Part shown: positions 34,447 to 36,095 of the stretch, piece after piece
How the letters are laid out: the number at the start of each line of letters is the position of its first letter
Position numbering within the stretch: the stretch's first letter is position 1
Assembly (NCBI GenBank): GCA_037444485.1
Contig: JBBIMI010000008.1
Span: 1-36,095, forward strand
Length of the DNA: 36,095 nt
Source of the DNA: Candidatus Micrarchaeota archaeon
Lineage (GTDB): Archaea > Micrarchaeota > Micrarchaeia > Norongarragalinales > Norongarragalinaceae
Direction: 5' to 3'
Made by a program: the position numbers and the translations under genes
The notes under the pieces: generated by a model
The model's database searches: none
What the model was told of the DNA's origin: nothing
Seen by the model: the letters and a program-made list of their open reading frames with translations, nothing else

Positions 34447-35979
34447 TCACCCGCTCGCCTTCACCTTCGCGCCCGAAGCGGTTTCCGCCTCGAGTTCAGC
34501 CGGCTTGACGCGCTCCAACTCCTTACTCAACGAGTAATTTAATTCCCAGGTCGCGCCTTTCTTCAACTCGCCCTTCCTCCAGACCAACACGGTTCCGGAA
34601 ATCGTTTCCTTCACGCGCTCGGGCGCTTCGCTGTAATCGCTTGCTGAAACTTCTTCAGGCAAGTAATCCGTCAATGCGAGATTCTTCAAATCCGCGCGGC
34701 GGTTTGCGACGAGCAAACGAACGCTCTTGCCGTCGACAAACTTCCGCACGCGCACGACCGCGTAAAACAACTTGTACCACAAAAACGCGAGCAACGCGAC
34801 CAACAAAAACAATAATGCGAGCCACTCGGGCGCGACTCCCAGAAAAGCGAATCCAGTTACAGGCTCCACGCGCTCACCCAACTCGCCCAACGCAAGCGAA
34901 GGCGACGGCGTCGCGCGCGAAACCACCCGCGCCTTCTTCACCACCCCGCCGAACTCTACGCTCCACACTCCAGGCGCGTCGAAAAAGAATTCCACGCACC
35001 CGTCGTACAACTCACGCGAAAACACGCGGCCGTCAGGCGAGCGAATGACAATCCCGCCGCGCGCTGGCGAGCCGCCCACGAAAACGCAAACGCGCTGCGT
35101 CCCGACCTCGAACACTTCCAGAATGCGCACGTCAATCACTTCAAGCGACGGCGCAACCGACGGCGAAACAGAAGGCGACGGCGACGCAACCACAGACGGC
35201 GAAGCCGACGGCGATGCTGAAGGCGAAACGCTAGGCGAAGGAGAAGGCGTTGGTGAAACTGAAGGCGTCGGAGAAGGGGATGGCAAGGGGGTTGGAGAAA
35301 TTGAAGGAGAAGGCGAAGGAGATGGAGAGGTTGAAGGAGATGGGCTGGGACTCGCTGAAGGCGACGGTGATGGAGACGGAGTAGGAGAAGGACTTGGAGA
35401 TGGAGTTGGGCTAGGCGATGGGCTAGAAGAAGGCGACGGGCTTGGAGAAGGCATCGGAGTTTGGCTGGGAGTAGGAGACGACGACGGTGCCGAACTATAA
35501 TCGTAACTTATGGCAACGTCATATACGTAGTGAATAAAACCTGAGTTGATATTTCTGACTCCAAAGATTATAGAATTATCTGATTGTCGGTATATATCTC
35601 CGCATAATGTTCCGAAATTAGTAGTTGTTTGATCGTTTGATGGAAGCGAATAAATTGTAATGTAATTACCATCATTTTTCTTTAGTACATATGCTTTGTC
35701 ACCAGTGCCAGTGGAGTAGACTGTGACACAATTAAGCACACTATTTGTTGGTAAAGAAATAGAAAAATCTGCTCCTTCATTTAGATCTGAAACAAAACGC
35801 CAAAATGTTGTAGTATCATTTATTTGATTGTCAATAGCCGTGTTGGGAGTCGTACAACCAGGTGGAAAGCATTGAGGATCACCAATATACTGCCAAGAAG
35901 TAGGGTGAATTGGGCCAACAAAAGTGCTTGAAACAAAACTTATGAGGAATAGTATTATGGTAGAGGATACATATTTCAT
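34447..35979 (-). CDS. Single-pass surface protein: variable N-terminal domain, long Pro/Ser/Thr linker, beta domain, TM helix, C-terminal domain
   Basis: Signal peptide; roughly 115-aa SP/TP repeat; TM WLALLFLLVALLAFLWY. Confidence 0.8.
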   Translation of the reverse strand: MKYVSSTIILFLISFVSSTFVGPIHPTSWQYIGDPQCFPPGCTTPNTAIDNQINDTTTFWRFVSDLNEGADFSISLPTNSVLNCVTVYSTGTGDKAYVLKKNDGNYITIYSLPSNDQTTTNFGTLCGDIYRQSDNSIIFGVRNINSGFIHYVYDVAISYDYSSAPSSSPTPSQTPMPSPSPSPSSSPSPSPTPSPSPSPTPSPSPSPSASPSPSPSTSPSPSPSPSISPTPLPSPSPTPSVSPTPSPSPSVSPSASPSASPSVVASPSPSVSPSVAPSLEVIDVRILEVFEVGTQRVCVFVGGSPARGGIVIRSPDGRVFSRELYDGCVEFFFDAPGVWSVEFGGVVKKARVVSRATPSPSLALGELGERVEPVTGFAFLGVAPEWLALLFLLVALLAFLWYKLFYAVVRVRKFVDGKSVRLLVANRRADLKNLALTDYLPEEVSASDYSEAPERVKETISGTVLVWRKGELKKGATWELNYSLSKELERVKPAELEAETASGAKVKASG

Positions 35980-35988
35980 TTTGTTAGC

Positions 35989-36095
35989 TCAACACTCTAG
36001 TAAGTATAGTTTGGGAATCGGCGATTGCATAGTTTCAAAGAATGTTTCATTGATTATGGCGTTCCTTCCCAAGTAACCGCCGTTGTAAAAGTAAC
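35989..36095 (-). CDS. 3' end of an upstream hypothetical CDS (partial)
   Basis: Open frame YFYNGGYLGRNAIINETFFETMQSPIPKLYLLEC* ending 9 nt before the next ATG. Confidence 0.45.
   Translation of the reverse strand, partial: YFYNGGYLGRNAIINETFFETMQSPIPKLYLLEC

Overview
Archaeal genomic window, most likely from a DPANN lineage such as Micrarchaeota (inferred from divergent archaeal-type ribosomal proteins and tRNAs with multiple non-canonical BHB introns). About 3.1-27.7 kb is a largely co-oriented minus-strand translation/transcription gene cluster: rpoP-L3-L4-orphan-L23-L2-S19-L22-S3-L29-aIF1-Rpp29-S17-L14-L24-S4e-L5-S14-S8-L6-L32e-L19e-L18-S5-L30-L15-secY-DUF106-L34e-cmk-L14e, then cbf5, tRNA-Ser, S13-S4-S11-rpoD, tRNA-Leu, L18e-L13-S9-Zn ribbon-rpoN, followed by tRNA-Pro and tRNA-Gly. 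To the right lie tRNA-Thr, L40e, tRNA-Leu, a plus-strand L21e-rpoF-DUF655-ksgA operon and Pro/Ser-linker surface proteins flanking pspC. The most unusual locus (29.1-30.4 kb) has three co-oriented elements: a stand-alone single-repeat (half) TBP, an approximately 290-nt highly structured putative ncRNA, and a secreted SLT-type lytic transglycosylase. All six tRNA genes carry BHB introns (9 introns, 6 at non-canonical sites, including 8/9). Three genes have short-run frameshifts, and spacers are full of short tandem duplications and low-complexity tracts. All calls are by manual reading and recognition; no database search was run.
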